Assembly: GCA_963701855.1 (NCBI GenBank)
Contig: CAVPBK010000003.1
Coordinates: 128,001-192,000 of the forward strand
Reading direction: 5' to 3'
DNA length: 64,000 bases
Source: Nitrospirota bacterium
Lineage (GTDB): Bacteria; Nitrospirota; Nitrospiria; Nitrospirales; Nitrospiraceae
Positions within the stretch are counted from its first letter, which is position 1; each line of letters opens with the position of its first letter. The notes under the pieces were generated by a model that saw only the letters and a list, made by a program, of their open reading frames with translations, made no database searches and was not told where the DNA came from. This document shows, piece by piece, positions 53,348 to 63,679 of the stretch. The position numbers were made by a program, and so were the translations under genes.

Positions 53348-55525
53348 TTAGGCCACGTCCAGATTCATCACGTAGTTCTGCAATTCCCGCCGATGTTCTT
53401 CTTCTACGTTCTTGAGGCGTTCGATTTCTTTGCGAAAATTCTCCAACTCGGTCTCCTGCTGGTCCAACTTCTTGACATAGCGAGTATAGAGATCAGAGTT
53501 CTGCGGGAGCCGCTGCATATTCTCTCTGATGCGAGCATGTTCCGCCGTGATCTCGGCGGAGCGGTGGTCTAGGCGCGTTCGTTGGGCGCGCGCGTCGTCC
53601 AGCTTACTGCGCAATTGCACCACGCGTTGCAGCGCCTCTTTCACTTTTTGGCTTACTTCCCTGGCTTGCTGATATTGGATGATCTGGTCGATGCCGCTGT
53701 CTATCAAGAGGATCGATTCCTGAACGGGCAGCGTTTCTTTGACGCGGAGCGTCGCGATTTTCCCTGGATCGACCGTGACGCTAAAGCGGTATAGGTCGCG
53801 CGTCCGTTCTGCCGGCTCCTTCGGTTCGGCAAGTTTCCAGTCTGCACGATAGGGATGTTCGATCAGTACGGTCTTGGCTTTGGCGTCGCGGTTCCTTACG
53901 AGATAGGTCCGGTCTTCGACCAAACGGCGTGAAATGAGCATCGTGCCCTTCTTCAGCGAGACTGTCGTGATCTCTTGCGTGCCGCCTTCGAGGTTTGGTT
54001 CTACTTCAGTCTTGAGGTCGAGCGCATAGCTGATCAGCCTGTCTTGTCCAGGAGGAAGGTCCTCGATGCGCGCGTCGCCCGCATAGGTTCCGCTTTCGAA
54101 TAGCGTGATAGGGCCTTGCATCAAATGCAGGGTTGATGTGTTTTTCAGCCGATACCCGCTCAGTGGATGTTTCGCATTGACGCTCTGATTGTAGAGCGAC
54201 ACTTTCTGTCCCTGGAGCGTCTGGCCAATGATGGGCAGCAGTGCGCTGGTGTGTTTGGCGAGGGTGACGGGCTGGTCAATACGATATTCGAATAACTCGC
54301 CCTTGTCTTCAGCCATCGCCATGGAGGCGACGCCTTCTTCCAGGCGGCCCATATCCATTTCGGCGGCGACGGATGCTGCTGCCGGAGCATTGGCCCGGCC
54401 ACTGGTAAAACCTTGGGTCAACTTGCCGAGTAAGCGCTCTTTTTTCATATCGCTGCGGGCTGGAGGGGAGGCTATCGCTTTGAGTTCATCCATGGCCTCG
54501 CCGTACGTCTGAGGTTTGAGATTAGCGTAAAGCTCAGGCTGAACGGCGGGACGCGGGTTATAGAGCGGTTGATACAGATCCATCGTGAATGAAATGGGAC
54601 GTCCAGAGACCAGCGAGAGTTTCACATTGCGCCAGTCCTGTGGGGTCTGATTCTCCACAATGGCCCAGCCTTGCAGATAGGGTGCCTTATCCTCGTCCAA
54701 GACGAGTCGATAGGTGGTTTTCCAGACCGGCGTTTCCGTCAGATACGCGACACGGGCTTGGCGACTCCCGATGCCGTCGAAGGTAATCGAGACTGTCTTC
54801 TTCTGGGCATCGTGATTCGTCGCGAGTGCGGCCAGAGCCAGGTGCAGCTCAGCATTCAACGCGGGATTGGTCAATTTGATGCGCTGCACGTTTGCCAGCG
54901 AGAGTGAGCGGAACCCTTCTTCCGTCAGGAGCGTGACATATTCCTGTTCGATGATGCGGTGCTGCGAGCCCTCGCTGATGGATTCCGTTTTCTTCTCCAC
55001 GCCCAGTAACGTGCCGACAATGGGATTGGGTGCGGTGACTTCGATCGGCTCTCCACGGACCTGAGTTAGAATCTGCCCCAGGGTCGGGTTGCCGTTCAGG
55101 TTGATGCCGAAGCTTCCGAGCGTCTTGGTCACGGGATCGCGTGACCCATAGGTGACAGTCGAGATTCTACCTCCACCAAAATCTTGCACGACAAGACTTT
55201 TCAGCATGTCGTTGATCTGATTCGCATGCAAGCGGAGATCGAGTTGCATTCGATTGTTCACTGTGCCGTCATGTTGAAAATACCCCACGCCGCTGGAATA
55301 GAGCACGATCTTGGATAGGGGGAGCGTGGCCGTTTCCTCTGCCAAGACAGGCCAGGGGAGCAGCAGGAGTGATACGAATACCAATTGCTTCATAAGAGCG
55401 TGATTGGAGCAAAGCGATCGTGCAAACATAGTGGCCTCCATCGTAGGGTGTTGTACCAGGCCGAGACGGCCAAGGTGATATGACCTATCTCTGTCATGTC
55501 GTGAAGGGGCGAATCCTTTCAGCAA
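53348..55525 (-). CDS. DUF4139-like exported protein
   Basis: LYSSGVGYF, DMLKSL, WKTTYRL, LQGWAIVEN; true start probably ~55393-55429. Confidence 0.8.
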   Translation of the reverse strand: MLKGFAPSRHDRDRSYHLGRLGLVQHPTMEATMFARSLCSNHALMKQLVFVSLLLLPWPVLAEETATLPLSKIVLYSSGVGYFQHDGTVNNRMQLDLRLHANQINDMLKSLVVQDFGGGRISTVTYGSRDPVTKTLGSFGINLNGNPTLGQILTQVRGEPIEVTAPNPIVGTLLGVEKKTESISEGSQHRIIEQEYVTLLTEEGFRSLSLANVQRIKLTNPALNAELHLALAALATNHDAQKKTVSITFDGIGSRQARVAYLTETPVWKTTYRLVLDEDKAPYLQGWAIVENQTPQDWRNVKLSLVSGRPISFTMDLYQPLYNPRPAVQPELYANLKPQTYGEAMDELKAIASPPARSDMKKERLLGKLTQGFTSGRANAPAAASVAAEMDMGRLEEGVASMAMAEDKGELFEYRIDQPVTLAKHTSALLPIIGQTLQGQKVSLYNQSVNAKHPLSGYRLKNTSTLHLMQGPITLFESGTYAGDARIEDLPPGQDRLISYALDLKTEVEPNLEGGTQEITTVSLKKGTMLISRRLVEDRTYLVRNRDAKAKTVLIEHPYRADWKLAEPKEPAERTRDLYRFSVTVDPGKIATLRVKETLPVQESILLIDSGIDQIIQYQQAREVSQKVKEALQRVVQLRSKLDDARAQRTRLDHRSAEITAEHARIRENMQRLPQNSDLYTRYVKKLDQQETELENFRKEIERLKNVEEEHRRELQNYVMNLDVA

Positions 55526-55620
55526 CCGGGTGAGAACAGCACTTTTTGAACACCCTACGGACTGTTTGGTCTCTTACTCAGAATTGTTCCTCAGTGCATC
55601 TCATGATACTGTTCGATCCC

Positions 55621-56037
55621 ATGGGCTTCACGGATAAGATTACGATTACACGAATCATCAAGAATTTCCGCACGATAGCCGTGGTGGGATTGTCGTCGAA
55701 TCCAGCGCGGCCGTCTTATCGCGTGGCGGCCTATATGCAGAGTCAGGGCCATCGAGTCATTCCGGTGAATCCGAACGAGACGAATGTTCTTGGTGAGCCG
55801 GTCTATCCATCACTCGCCGCCGTACCTGGCACAATCGATCTCGTAGATATCTTCAGAAAGTCTGAAGATGTGCTTCCTCTTGTTGAAGAAGCTATTGCTC
55901 GTGGCGCCAAAGCCGTCTGGATGCAAGAAGGGATTATAAATGAACAGGCAGCCATACGTGCTAGAGAAGCTGGCCTGCTCGTCGTGATGGACCGCTGCTG
56001 GCTCAAAGAGCATACCGCTTGGTCACATCGTGGCTGA
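55621..56037 (+). CDS. CoA-binding protein (YccU-like)
   Basis: IAVVGLS..P.RPS, IPVNP, VWMQEG, MDRC. Confidence 0.9.
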   Translation: MGFTDKITITRIIKNFRTIAVVGLSSNPARPSYRVAAYMQSQGHRVIPVNPNETNVLGEPVYPSLAAVPGTIDLVDIFRKSEDVLPLVEEAIARGAKAVWMQEGIINEQAAIRAREAGLLVVMDRCWLKEHTAWSHRG

Positions 56038-56542
56038 CCCAGTCCCACACCTCCCCCCAGAGTCTCCATCGTCCGATCGTCAACGAGAAGCTATGGTGGC
56101 GACGGCCGAACTATTAGCTAAGGCTCTGGATACGACCGTCAAAATTCCTGGCACACCATTTTATTTGGGGCTCGATCCGTTGCTCGGACTGATACCAGGA
56201 ATCGGTGACATGCTGGCCAATCTCATCGGGACAGTGATACTGGTCTTGGCCGCCCGGCTTCAAGTGCCGCAGATCGTTATTGCACGGATGAGCCTGAATC
56301 TCCTCATCAACGGCACCATCGGGGCGATTCCCATCCTCGGCGATCTCTTCTCCATCTGGTTTCGGAGTCACGCGAGAAATGCAGCGTTACTGCGGCGGGC
56401 TGCGGCTCAACCCTATCGAGAGACGCAACAGGCCAGGTTCTATGTGGCCGGCATTATCGGCGGAACCGTCGTGTTTCTGCTGCTCGCCATTGCAGCGGTT
56501 CTATGGATCGTCGTGAAGATTTGGACCGCAATCTCCCTGTAA
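56030..56542 (+). CDS. DUF4112 protein
   Basis: LDT...IPG....GLDPLLGLIPGIGD, GAIPILGDLF. Confidence 0.88.
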   Translation: MADPVPHLPPESPSSDRQREAMVATAELLAKALDTTVKIPGTPFYLGLDPLLGLIPGIGDMLANLIGTVILVLAARLQVPQIVIARMSLNLLINGTIGAIPILGDLFSIWFRSHARNAALLRRAAAQPYRETQQARFYVAGIIGGTVVFLLLAIAAVLWIVVKIWTAISL

Positions 56543-56546
56543 GCTA

Positions 56547-56684
56547 GCTGCGCAAGACGGGTTGATCTGGTTCATCGGGTTTATTTTGTTTATCTGGTTG
56601 GTCTTGTTTAACCAAACAAACGAGACAGACCAGATAAACCCAATAACGGTCTTCGTGCGATGGCAGACCTTGTCAGTGTTCTGC
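56547..56684. repeat. MITE-like element with nonamer palindrome
   Basis: Reverse complement aligns with 3620-3675. Confidence 0.6.
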
Positions 56685-56810
56685 CGGACGGGGCAGCTCC
56701 GTGACCCTGCACGGTTGTTTTTCTGAGGTGGGAGGCTTTATAGTTCCCGCCCATTAGGCTATGGAGGGTAGGGTGCCATGGTTTCTTTCAACAGAATGCG
56801 GAGGCGGTTC

Positions 56811-57635
56811 ATGAGGACGATGCTTGTGCTGGTTGCGTTGCTTGGGCTCGCTGCTTATCCGGCGATGGCCGCGGCGCCTGTTGAGAAGGGCGCCAAGGAA
56901 TCGGCTATGGGGAAAAAGCAGAGTCAGGAGACGCCTGTGGCGGCCAAACCGCCAGAGGGAGCGATGGTGGTGGTGCCGGCTGGGGAATTCATGATGGGAA
57001 GTGCGGCGGGAGATTCAGACGAACAACCGGAGCACAAGGTCCATGTGGATGCTTTTTCCATGGATGTGTATGAAGTGACGGTAGGGCAGTATGCGGCGTT
57101 TCTGCAGGCGAAAGGGATCGATCCACCTTCGGATTGGAAGACGATGAATCAACCGGCGCATCAAAAGCGCCCGATTGCCAATGTGGATTCGACGGATGCG
57201 TCCGCGTACTGCAAATGGGCCGGCAAGCGTCTGCCGACAGAGGCGGAGTGGGAGAAGGCGGCGCGGGGGACAGATGGCCGCATTTATCCGTGGGGCAACG
57301 ATCCTCCGACCCCGCTTCATGCGAACTTTGGGAAAACTGAGTGGAGCAATCACGGGGTATTGGCGCCGGTGGGTTCGTTTGAGTCGGGCAAGAGTCCCTA
57401 TGGCATCTATGACATGGCGGGGAATGTCTGGGAATGGGTGAGCGATTGGTATGACTATAACTACTATAAAAGCAGCCCATCGCTGAACCCGACAGGACCG
57501 TCATCGGGTGGGACCAAAGCGATTCGTGGCGGTGCCTGGAACAGCAATCCTCGGGCCATGCGTTCTTCGAATCGGAGCCTCATTTCTCCGACGGACCAGG
57601 GACTCAACGGGTTTCGGTGCGCAAAGACTCCGTAG
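56811..57635 (+). CDS. Exported FGE/SUMF1-domain protein (copy 1)
   Basis: RBS GGAGG; signal peptide; RLPTEAEWEKAARG, DMAGNVWEW, GFRCA. Confidence 0.9.
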   Translation: MRTMLVLVALLGLAAYPAMAAAPVEKGAKESAMGKKQSQETPVAAKPPEGAMVVVPAGEFMMGSAAGDSDEQPEHKVHVDAFSMDVYEVTVGQYAAFLQAKGIDPPSDWKTMNQPAHQKRPIANVDSTDASAYCKWAGKRLPTEAEWEKAARGTDGRIYPWGNDPPTPLHANFGKTEWSNHGVLAPVGSFESGKSPYGIYDMAGNVWEWVSDWYDYNYYKSSPSLNPTGPSSGGTKAIRGGAWNSNPRAMRSSNRSLISPTDQGLNGFRCAKTP

Positions 57636-57799
57636 GTCGTACATCGAATAGTTAAACCCCACACAGACGGTGGAGATAGGACAGCCTCGAGGCTCTGTAC
57701 GGTTGTGTTTCTGAGGTGCGAGGCTTTATAGTTCCCGCCCATTGGGCTATGTGAGGAGGAGAATGGCATGGTTTCTTTAGTAGAAAGCGGAGGCCGTTG

Positions 57800-58630
57800 A
57801 TGAGAAGGATACTTGCACTGGTTGCGTTGCTTGGGCTCGCGGCTTACCCGGCGATGGCCGCCCCACCCGATGAGAAGGGGGCTAAGGAGTTAGTCATGGG
57901 GCAGAAACTGAGTCAAGAGAGGCCTGCAGCGCCTAAACCGCCGCTAGGCTCTATGGTGGTGATACCGGCTGGGGAATTTACGATGGGGAGTCAGGATGGC
58001 GATCCGGACGAACGACCGGCGCACAAGGTCTCTGTGGATAGTTTTTCCATCGATGTCTATGAAGTGACGGTGGGACAGTACGCGGACTTTCTACGGTCTG
58101 GGGGAGGTCATTTGCCTCCGGACTGGGAAAAGATGAACCAAATGAAATACCAAAAGCATCCGGTCATGGGTGTGGATTGGGCGGACGCAGCCGCATTTTG
58201 TAAATCAGTAGGGAAACGTTTACCGACAGAGGCGGAGTGGGAGAAGGCAGCACGGGGGACGGATGGTCGCCTGTATCCGTGGGGCAATGATCCTCCGACG
58301 TCGCGTCATGCAAATTATGGGAGAAATGGCTCGAACGACTATGCGGCATTGGTGCCGGTGGGCACATTTGAAGATGGCAAGAGCCCCTATGGCGTCTATG
58401 ATATGGCTGGGAATGTCTGGGAGTGGGTCAGCGACTGGTATGACTCGGACTATTATAAGAAAAGCCCGCAGCAGAATCCGGAAGGGATGCCGACGGGCGG
58501 GTTCAAAGTGATCCGTGGCGGAGCCTTGAACACCAGCGCACGAACCCTGCGATCCTCGGATCGGTACTGGGATCCCCCGTCGTTCCGGAGCTTATACCTC
58601 CCGGGGTTTCGGTGCGCGAAGAAGCCGTAG
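57800..58630 (+). CDS. Exported FGE/SUMF1-domain protein (copy 2)
   Basis: Tandem paralogue with near-identical signal peptide and motifs. Confidence 0.9.
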   Translation: MRRILALVALLGLAAYPAMAAPPDEKGAKELVMGQKLSQERPAAPKPPLGSMVVIPAGEFTMGSQDGDPDERPAHKVSVDSFSIDVYEVTVGQYADFLRSGGGHLPPDWEKMNQMKYQKHPVMGVDWADAAAFCKSVGKRLPTEAEWEKAARGTDGRLYPWGNDPPTSRHANYGRNGSNDYAALVPVGTFEDGKSPYGVYDMAGNVWEWVSDWYDSDYYKKSPQQNPEGMPTGGFKVIRGGALNTSARTLRSSDRYWDPPSFRSLYLPGFRCAKKP

Positions 58631-58643
58631 CCCACAGCAGGGT

Positions 58644-58715
58644 AGGCTTAGGCTGAAGCTGGGAAGGCTGAAGGTCGGAGTCCGAACATTTCAGTCTTCA
58701 GCCTAACCTTCAGCC
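58644..58715. repeat. Short-unit inverted repeat (GGCTGAAG / CTTCAGCC)
   Basis: Lies between convergent genes; related to 1660-1815. Confidence 0.5.
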
Positions 58716-58734
58716 GCGCCTGTCGCCTACATAG

Positions 58735-59328
58735 CTATTTCACTGGAATGCTGATCACAATCGCACCCATAACGTCATTGATCTTGAAGTCCCGTTTTGG
58801 GCTGTCCGGATGGGAATTATGGCAGCCAATACATGCCTGGGCCACAGCAAGATCTGGATAGACGGCCTGGAAATAGCGGGCTCCCCCTTCCTTCACAAAA
58901 CCGGTATAGGGTTTAGTTGGATGAGTGAGGACTGTCCCCAGGCCGATCTTCTCAAACTCGGTTGAGCCAACATTCCGCTTATTGATCGGCCAGAGGCTGA
59001 TCAATCGATACTGTACGCCAATGCCTTTTCTTGCCATGACGCGGCCAGATTCCATCAGGAATTGCGCCGGGAGCGGCAGCGTATTTTTCTCTTCCCAGTT
59101 CTCTGAGGCCACGACCACTCCCTTAGACTGCATCCGTTCAACGACATGCTTGGTGTATACCTCACGGTCCGCTTCAATCATGGCGTACAGATAGTCCGCC
59201 ACCGTTTCGACGGGCAGACTCACAGCTGCCCCTTCCGCCGTTGCGCTACTCGGCCACGCTAATCCGATGATGCCCAACCAGAACACCAGCACGAGAACTC
59301 CCGATTGCCACTTGCTGGAGGATGTCAT
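58735..59328 (-). CDS. DUF3365 (Tll0287-like) c-type heme protein
   Basis: Signal peptide, LPLPAQF, YRLISLWPIN, CIGCH, GAIVISIP. Confidence 0.85.
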   Translation of the reverse strand: MTSSSKWQSGVLVLVFWLGIIGLAWPSSATAEGAAVSLPVETVADYLYAMIEADREVYTKHVVERMQSKGVVVASENWEEKNTLPLPAQFLMESGRVMARKGIGVQYRLISLWPINKRNVGSTEFEKIGLGTVLTHPTKPYTGFVKEGGARYFQAVYPDLAVAQACIGCHNSHPDSPKRDFKINDVMGAIVISIPVK

Positions 59329-59940
59329 AGAGACCTCCTTGGTTTCTTCGTGGACGCCCCGGTGTCATTCGCCGCGGTTCCATGAAGGGGTGAGGGGTAT
59401 TGTGGATCAGAGGGTCCACAATTGTAGCGATGGGCAGGTGGATCAGTTCGATCGTCGAGATGGAGTCAGGAAAATGGTGAGGGGAGTGGAAGCCGTGATT
59501 TGTTCGAGGCGATTGAGTTAGCTGGTCGTTGCGATCTCTGGATGGGTAGAAGGAAACCGTACAGTAGGAAAATACCGAAGCCATGGCCCGGTTCTCCCTG
59601 TCAGCATGATGCAGCGTATCCACTGAATCATGTGACGAGTCATCATACTCTTCACTCTGCAAGCTGTCCAATTACCAGGCTCAATACAATTCTCGGTTGG
59701 AGAAACAGGAGCAGGTCTTGGGATCATACGTCGTAAGGGGGAAAGGTTTTCGTGCCTCATCAACAGGCCTATCGGGCAAGAAGAGTGTCGGTCAGCCAAG
59801 ATTGTGCCTTGTGTGGGTGTTCATGGAGTGACCGTCAGTTGTCGCTTGAAGCAGGGTAAGGGTGCCAATATTGGATTGCACGCCTGACGTCCATTGTGCA
59901 TGTATACGATCGGCAGAAATTCCTGGTTCTTGCCCTCCGC

Positions 59941-60420
59941 TTAGCTCTGCCAGTTCGCCCGGAGCAGGTCTTCATTCTCTTCATAGCGACAGGTGAATGT
60001 GCCGTGATGTGCGCGATGCAGAGCCTCGCCAATGCGTCGTGCGAGATGGGGGTCAGTCGTGGTGATGATCACCCCTTCGGGCTCTTCGGCTTGGTCCTCG
60101 ATCTTGATAATTCGAGCCAATGGATGTTCGGCTTTGATACTGGCCTCTTCATTGCGGGCGAGCCCGAGAACCTGATCCCGATGCGAGGTGACAAACTTAT
60201 CGGTGAGCAGTAGCACTCCGCTCGGCGCGCCATCCCGTATCCGTTCACAGGCAGGGCACACGAGCGCGTGACTCTTCGCCGGGGCAGGAGCCCATGCCCA
60301 CCGGCCTGTGTGGTAGACCGCTTTGCACTCACGACACACCGACGGCTCCAGGGTTTTACCCTTTGCCTTGTAGAGGTCATGCTTTCGGGCTCGAACAGAT
60401 GTGTGAAAGATTCTGATCAT
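59941..60420 (-). CDS. BCAM0308-family zinc-finger protein
   Basis: CREC.AVY..GRW, CPAC.RI, E..EHPL.RI, TT..HLARRIG.AL. Confidence 0.8.
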   Translation of the reverse strand: MIRIFHTSVRARKHDLYKAKGKTLEPSVCRECKAVYHTGRWAWAPAPAKSHALVCPACERIRDGAPSGVLLLTDKFVTSHRDQVLGLARNEEASIKAEHPLARIIKIEDQAEEPEGVIITTTDPHLARRIGEALHRAHHGTFTCRYEENEDLLRANWQS

Positions 60421-60893
60421 TCTGCCAGGAAGGAAAGCCCCCCGTAGGCCCTTTCCGCACCAGCCTACTCCTACTGCACCGCTCTAACAGAATGCCAAAT
60501 CGGCACGTACAATGCCACATGGCAGAAGGATGTGTAGGGGAATTCTGCCAAGCTCTAGATGAATACGAGAGGATTAGGCGCAGGGATGGACCACTCCCAA
60601 TAAGGCTGTGGTGTTATTTGTCACAACCAAACGGAGATCCTGTTCCCTAATGCCACAGTCGGAGTGGTCAATCGCGGTGAACATCTCTAGTTCCATAGCG
60701 TGAAGATTTAGAAGGGTTCAGCACACAATCACATCGGGAAGAACCGTGAAATTAAGAGACTGTCAAAGCGCTGGGGTATGAAGTCACCAGGCTCAGGAGA
60801 ATTTAATATTGTCCTCTTCAAACTTGAAGATCTCCCGTCAGATGCGCGGAGCGAGACCACAATCGATGATGTGAGGAAGGCGCTTCGATTGTG

Positions 60894-61030
60894 ACCAACT
60901 TGTTTATGGTCTGTCTGGTTTCTCCGATTCATCTGGTTTGTTTAGTTTGTCTCATTCATTTGGTTGAACCAGACTAACCGGATAAACCAGAAAAACCAGA
61001 TGAACCAGATGAACCAGACACACCAGGGCA
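60894..61030. repeat. Nonamer (TTCATCTGG / CCAGATGAA) imperfect tandem-inverted array
   Basis: T/G-rich left arm and A/C-rich right arm AACCAGATGAACCAGATGAACCAG. Confidence 0.7.
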
Positions 61031-61238
61031 ACCAGCCAGTTCTCACGCATCACAGGGGGACGATCTGTTCGTGACGGAAGGCGCGGGAGGAAGGCCACCT
61101 TGGAGGAATGACTGCCGAGCTCTCAATCTCTTCAAGCGAAGTGACCGACTCCAATGACTCAATGGTCATGTCAGAACCCACTTGAGCTGGTCCGTCACTA
61201 AGTCCGTTGTTCGACTGCGACACTCAGGTGAGACACCG

Positions 61239-61391
61239 TTAAAACAGGGTATAGATAAACGGCGCCACTGCCGACCCCTGGGTCAGAACAATCAGGCTTC
61301 CCAGGAGTACGAGCACGACAATGATGGGCAGGAGCCAGAATTTCTTGCGCTCCTTCATGAACGCCCAGAGCTCCATCACAAACTCGCCCAT
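61239..61391 (-). CDS. DUF5989/SxtK-like small membrane protein (50 aa)
   Basis: MGEFVMELWAFMKERKKFWLLPIIVVLVLLGSLIVLTQGSAVAPFIYTLF; RBS GGAGGT. Confidence 0.9.
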   Translation of the reverse strand: MGEFVMELWAFMKERKKFWLLPIIVVLVLLGSLIVLTQGSAVAPFIYTLF

Positions 61392-61418
61392 GCGCACCTC
61401 CTATTGACACGCGTCGGG

Positions 61419-61814
61419 TTAAAACTGATGTTTCATATGGGACGGGGGTCTCGGCGAGCGGACCACTCGATAGGTCGTACTCGACTCGGCAAACCCCCGC
61501 CGCATTGTATCTTTCCCCATCAGACGAAACACCAGGCCAATGGGGGTCACCAGGACATAAAATACGATACCGAGCAGAATCCTGGTGTTGATCCACCCCA
61601 GAATATGCCCGACCCACATCCACCCGGTATGCACGGGTGCTAGTACAGAGGGCCGCACTCCCCCGCACGCGATGAGCAGGCCTCCGAGTCCGAGTGCCCA
61701 CAGGCGCAGCGGCTCCCCACGAAAGACGAGTGGCCACAGACCGATCACGGTAAAGACCGCGCCGACCAACAGTCCAAATTGCCGGAGCTCTTTGCGTGTG
61801 GCGGCCTGCTCCAT
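61419..61814 (-). CDS. SxtJ family membrane protein
   Basis: LRQFG, WMWVGHILGWINTRILL, TPIG. Confidence 0.88.
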   Translation of the reverse strand: MEQAATRKELRQFGLLVGAVFTVIGLWPLVFRGEPLRLWALGLGGLLIACGGVRPSVLAPVHTGWMWVGHILGWINTRILLGIVFYVLVTPIGLVFRLMGKDTMRRGFAESSTTYRVVRSPRPPSHMKHQF

Positions 61815-61834
61815 GGTCCCTCTTCCTCGTTTAG

Positions 61835-63679
61835 CTAGTCGAGCGCGAATTCTTTCTTCCAATCAGAATCCCCTGCCAGGGGCGCCTGATCCGCTTTCCG
61901 TAACACATAATTCTCGATCACGAGCACATCCATCTCCGTCCGCATGAAACAGCGATACGCATCTTCCGGTGTGCAGACAATGGGCTCGCCTCGCACATTG
62001 AACGACGTATTCACACAGGTGGCATACCCGGTCTTTGCCTCAAACGCCTTGAGCAACTTGTAGTACCGGGGATTCGTCTCCTCGTGCACCGTCTGGACCC
62101 TGGCCGAATAGTCGATGTGCGTGACGGAGGGAATGTCTGAGCGTGGCACATTGAGTAACTCGATGCCCCAGAGCGCTTTCCGGCCTGGATCGAACGGCAG
62201 TCGTCGTTTTTCCAGCACCGGGGCCACGAGCAGCATGTAGGGACTATCACAGTCCATCTGGAAGTAGTCCGACACCCGCTCTCTCAACACGGACGGCGCA
62301 AAGGGTCTGAATGACTCCCGGTACTTAATCTTGAGGTTCAACACGGACTGCATGGTTGTGTTCCGCGCATCCCCCAGAATACTGCGCCCGCCAAGCGATC
62401 GTGGGCCAAACTCCATCCGTCCCTGATGCCACCCCACGACTTTTCCCTCCGCCAGTTCATCGGCCACCCAATCATACAACTCCGTCTCATCAAGCCGACG
62501 AGACACCGCGCCCAGGGTCTTCAGCCTGGCTTCGACCTCCTCGTTGCTGAATGCCGGCCCCAGATAGCTCCCCTTCATGTTGTCGTGAATATTGTCTGCG
62601 GTCCTGGGCTTGTTCTCATACTGGTGCCAGGCGCTCAGCGCCGCCCCCACCGCCCCGCCGGCATCGCCGGCGGCCGGCTGAATCCACATCCCTTTAAACG
62701 GTCCCTCCCGCAGCACTCGTCCATTCCCGACACAATTGAGCGCGACACCACCGGCCAAGCAGAGATAGTCCACTCCGGTTTCCCGATGCATGGTCCGTGA
62801 CAACCGCAGCATGACCTCTTCCGTCACTTCTTGAATCGATCGAGCCAAATCCATCTCGCGCTGACCGAACTTTGACTCGGCCTTACGAGGGGGGCCGCCG
62901 AACACCTCGTCAAACTTGCCGCTCGTCATGGTCAAGCCGGTGCAGTAATTGAAATATTCCATGTTCATTCGGAACGTGCCGTCCGGTTTGAGATCAATCA
63001 GGTGTTCATAAATGGCTTTGACATACTTGGGCTCTCCGTACGGAGCCAGCCCCATGACTTTGTATTCACCGGAGTTGACTTTGAACCCCGTATAATAGGT
63101 GAAGGCGGAATACAGGAGACCGATCGAGTGAGGAAACGGAATGTCCCACAGTGGCGTTAATGTATTGCCCTCCCCCAACCACGCCGAGGTGGTGGCCCAC
63201 TCCCCAACCCCGTCCATGCAGAGCACGCCCGCCCGTTCATAGGGGGAGGGGTAGAAGGCTGAGGCGGCGTGGGACTCATGATGTTCGCCGAAGAGAAACT
63301 CCGGTAAGGCCGCCTTCGCGAGGCCGTTCGAACAGGCCAGCACTTCTTTTTGCAGCAAGGTGCGCAGAAAGAGCTTCTCTTTTAACCACACCGGCATCGC
63401 GGCCAGGAAGGATTGGATGCCTTGGGGGGCGAATCCCAGGTAGGTTTCTAACAATCGCTCAAACTTGATGAGCGGCTTGTCATAAAATACGACGTATGTC
63501 AGATCCTTGATGCCGATTCCGGCCTGGCCCAGACAATACTCCACCGCTCGGCGCGGGAATCCCGGGTCGTGCTTCTTGCGCGTAAACCGCTCTTCTTGTG
63601 CCGCCGCAACAATCTCGCCGTCCTGCACCAGGCACGCCGCGCTATCGTGGTAAAAGGCTGATATGCCGAGTATGTACAT
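61835..63679 (-). CDS. Carbamoyltransferase (NodU/CmcH, SxtI-like)
   Basis: GISAFYHDSAA, EERFTRKKH, HHESHAASAF, EYKVMGLAPYG, RESFRPFAP, NTSFN. Confidence 0.95.
   Translation of the reverse strand: MYILGISAFYHDSAACLVQDGEIVAAAQEERFTRKKHDPGFPRRAVEYCLGQAGIGIKDLTYVVFYDKPLIKFERLLETYLGFAPQGIQSFLAAMPVWLKEKLFLRTLLQKEVLACSNGLAKAALPEFLFGEHHESHAASAFYPSPYERAGVLCMDGVGEWATTSAWLGEGNTLTPLWDIPFPHSIGLLYSAFTYYTGFKVNSGEYKVMGLAPYGEPKYVKAIYEHLIDLKPDGTFRMNMEYFNYCTGLTMTSGKFDEVFGGPPRKAESKFGQREMDLARSIQEVTEEVMLRLSRTMHRETGVDYLCLAGGVALNCVGNGRVLREGPFKGMWIQPAAGDAGGAVGAALSAWHQYENKPRTADNIHDNMKGSYLGPAFSNEEVEARLKTLGAVSRRLDETELYDWVADELAEGKVVGWHQGRMEFGPRSLGGRSILGDARNTTMQSVLNLKIKYRESFRPFAPSVLRERVSDYFQMDCDSPYMLLVAPVLEKRRLPFDPGRKALWGIELLNVPRSDIPSVTHIDYSARVQTVHEETNPRYYKLLKAFEAKTGYATCVNTSFNVRGEPIVCTPEDAYRCFMRTEMDVLVIENYVLRKADQAPLAGDSDWKKEFALD

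Noticed and set aside
60778..60894. 38-aa ORF MKSPGSGEF...
   Set aside because: It has a weak RBS and no recognisable motif; it may be a gene remnant but cannot be supported.
60894..61030. CRISPR array
   Set aside because: The units are 9 bp, degenerate and inverted, with no unique spacers and no cas genes.
61239..63679. Saxitoxin gene cluster
   Set aside because: Only sxtI/J/K-like genes are present. They are widespread outside toxin producers, and no sxtA/sxtG-like genes are in the window.
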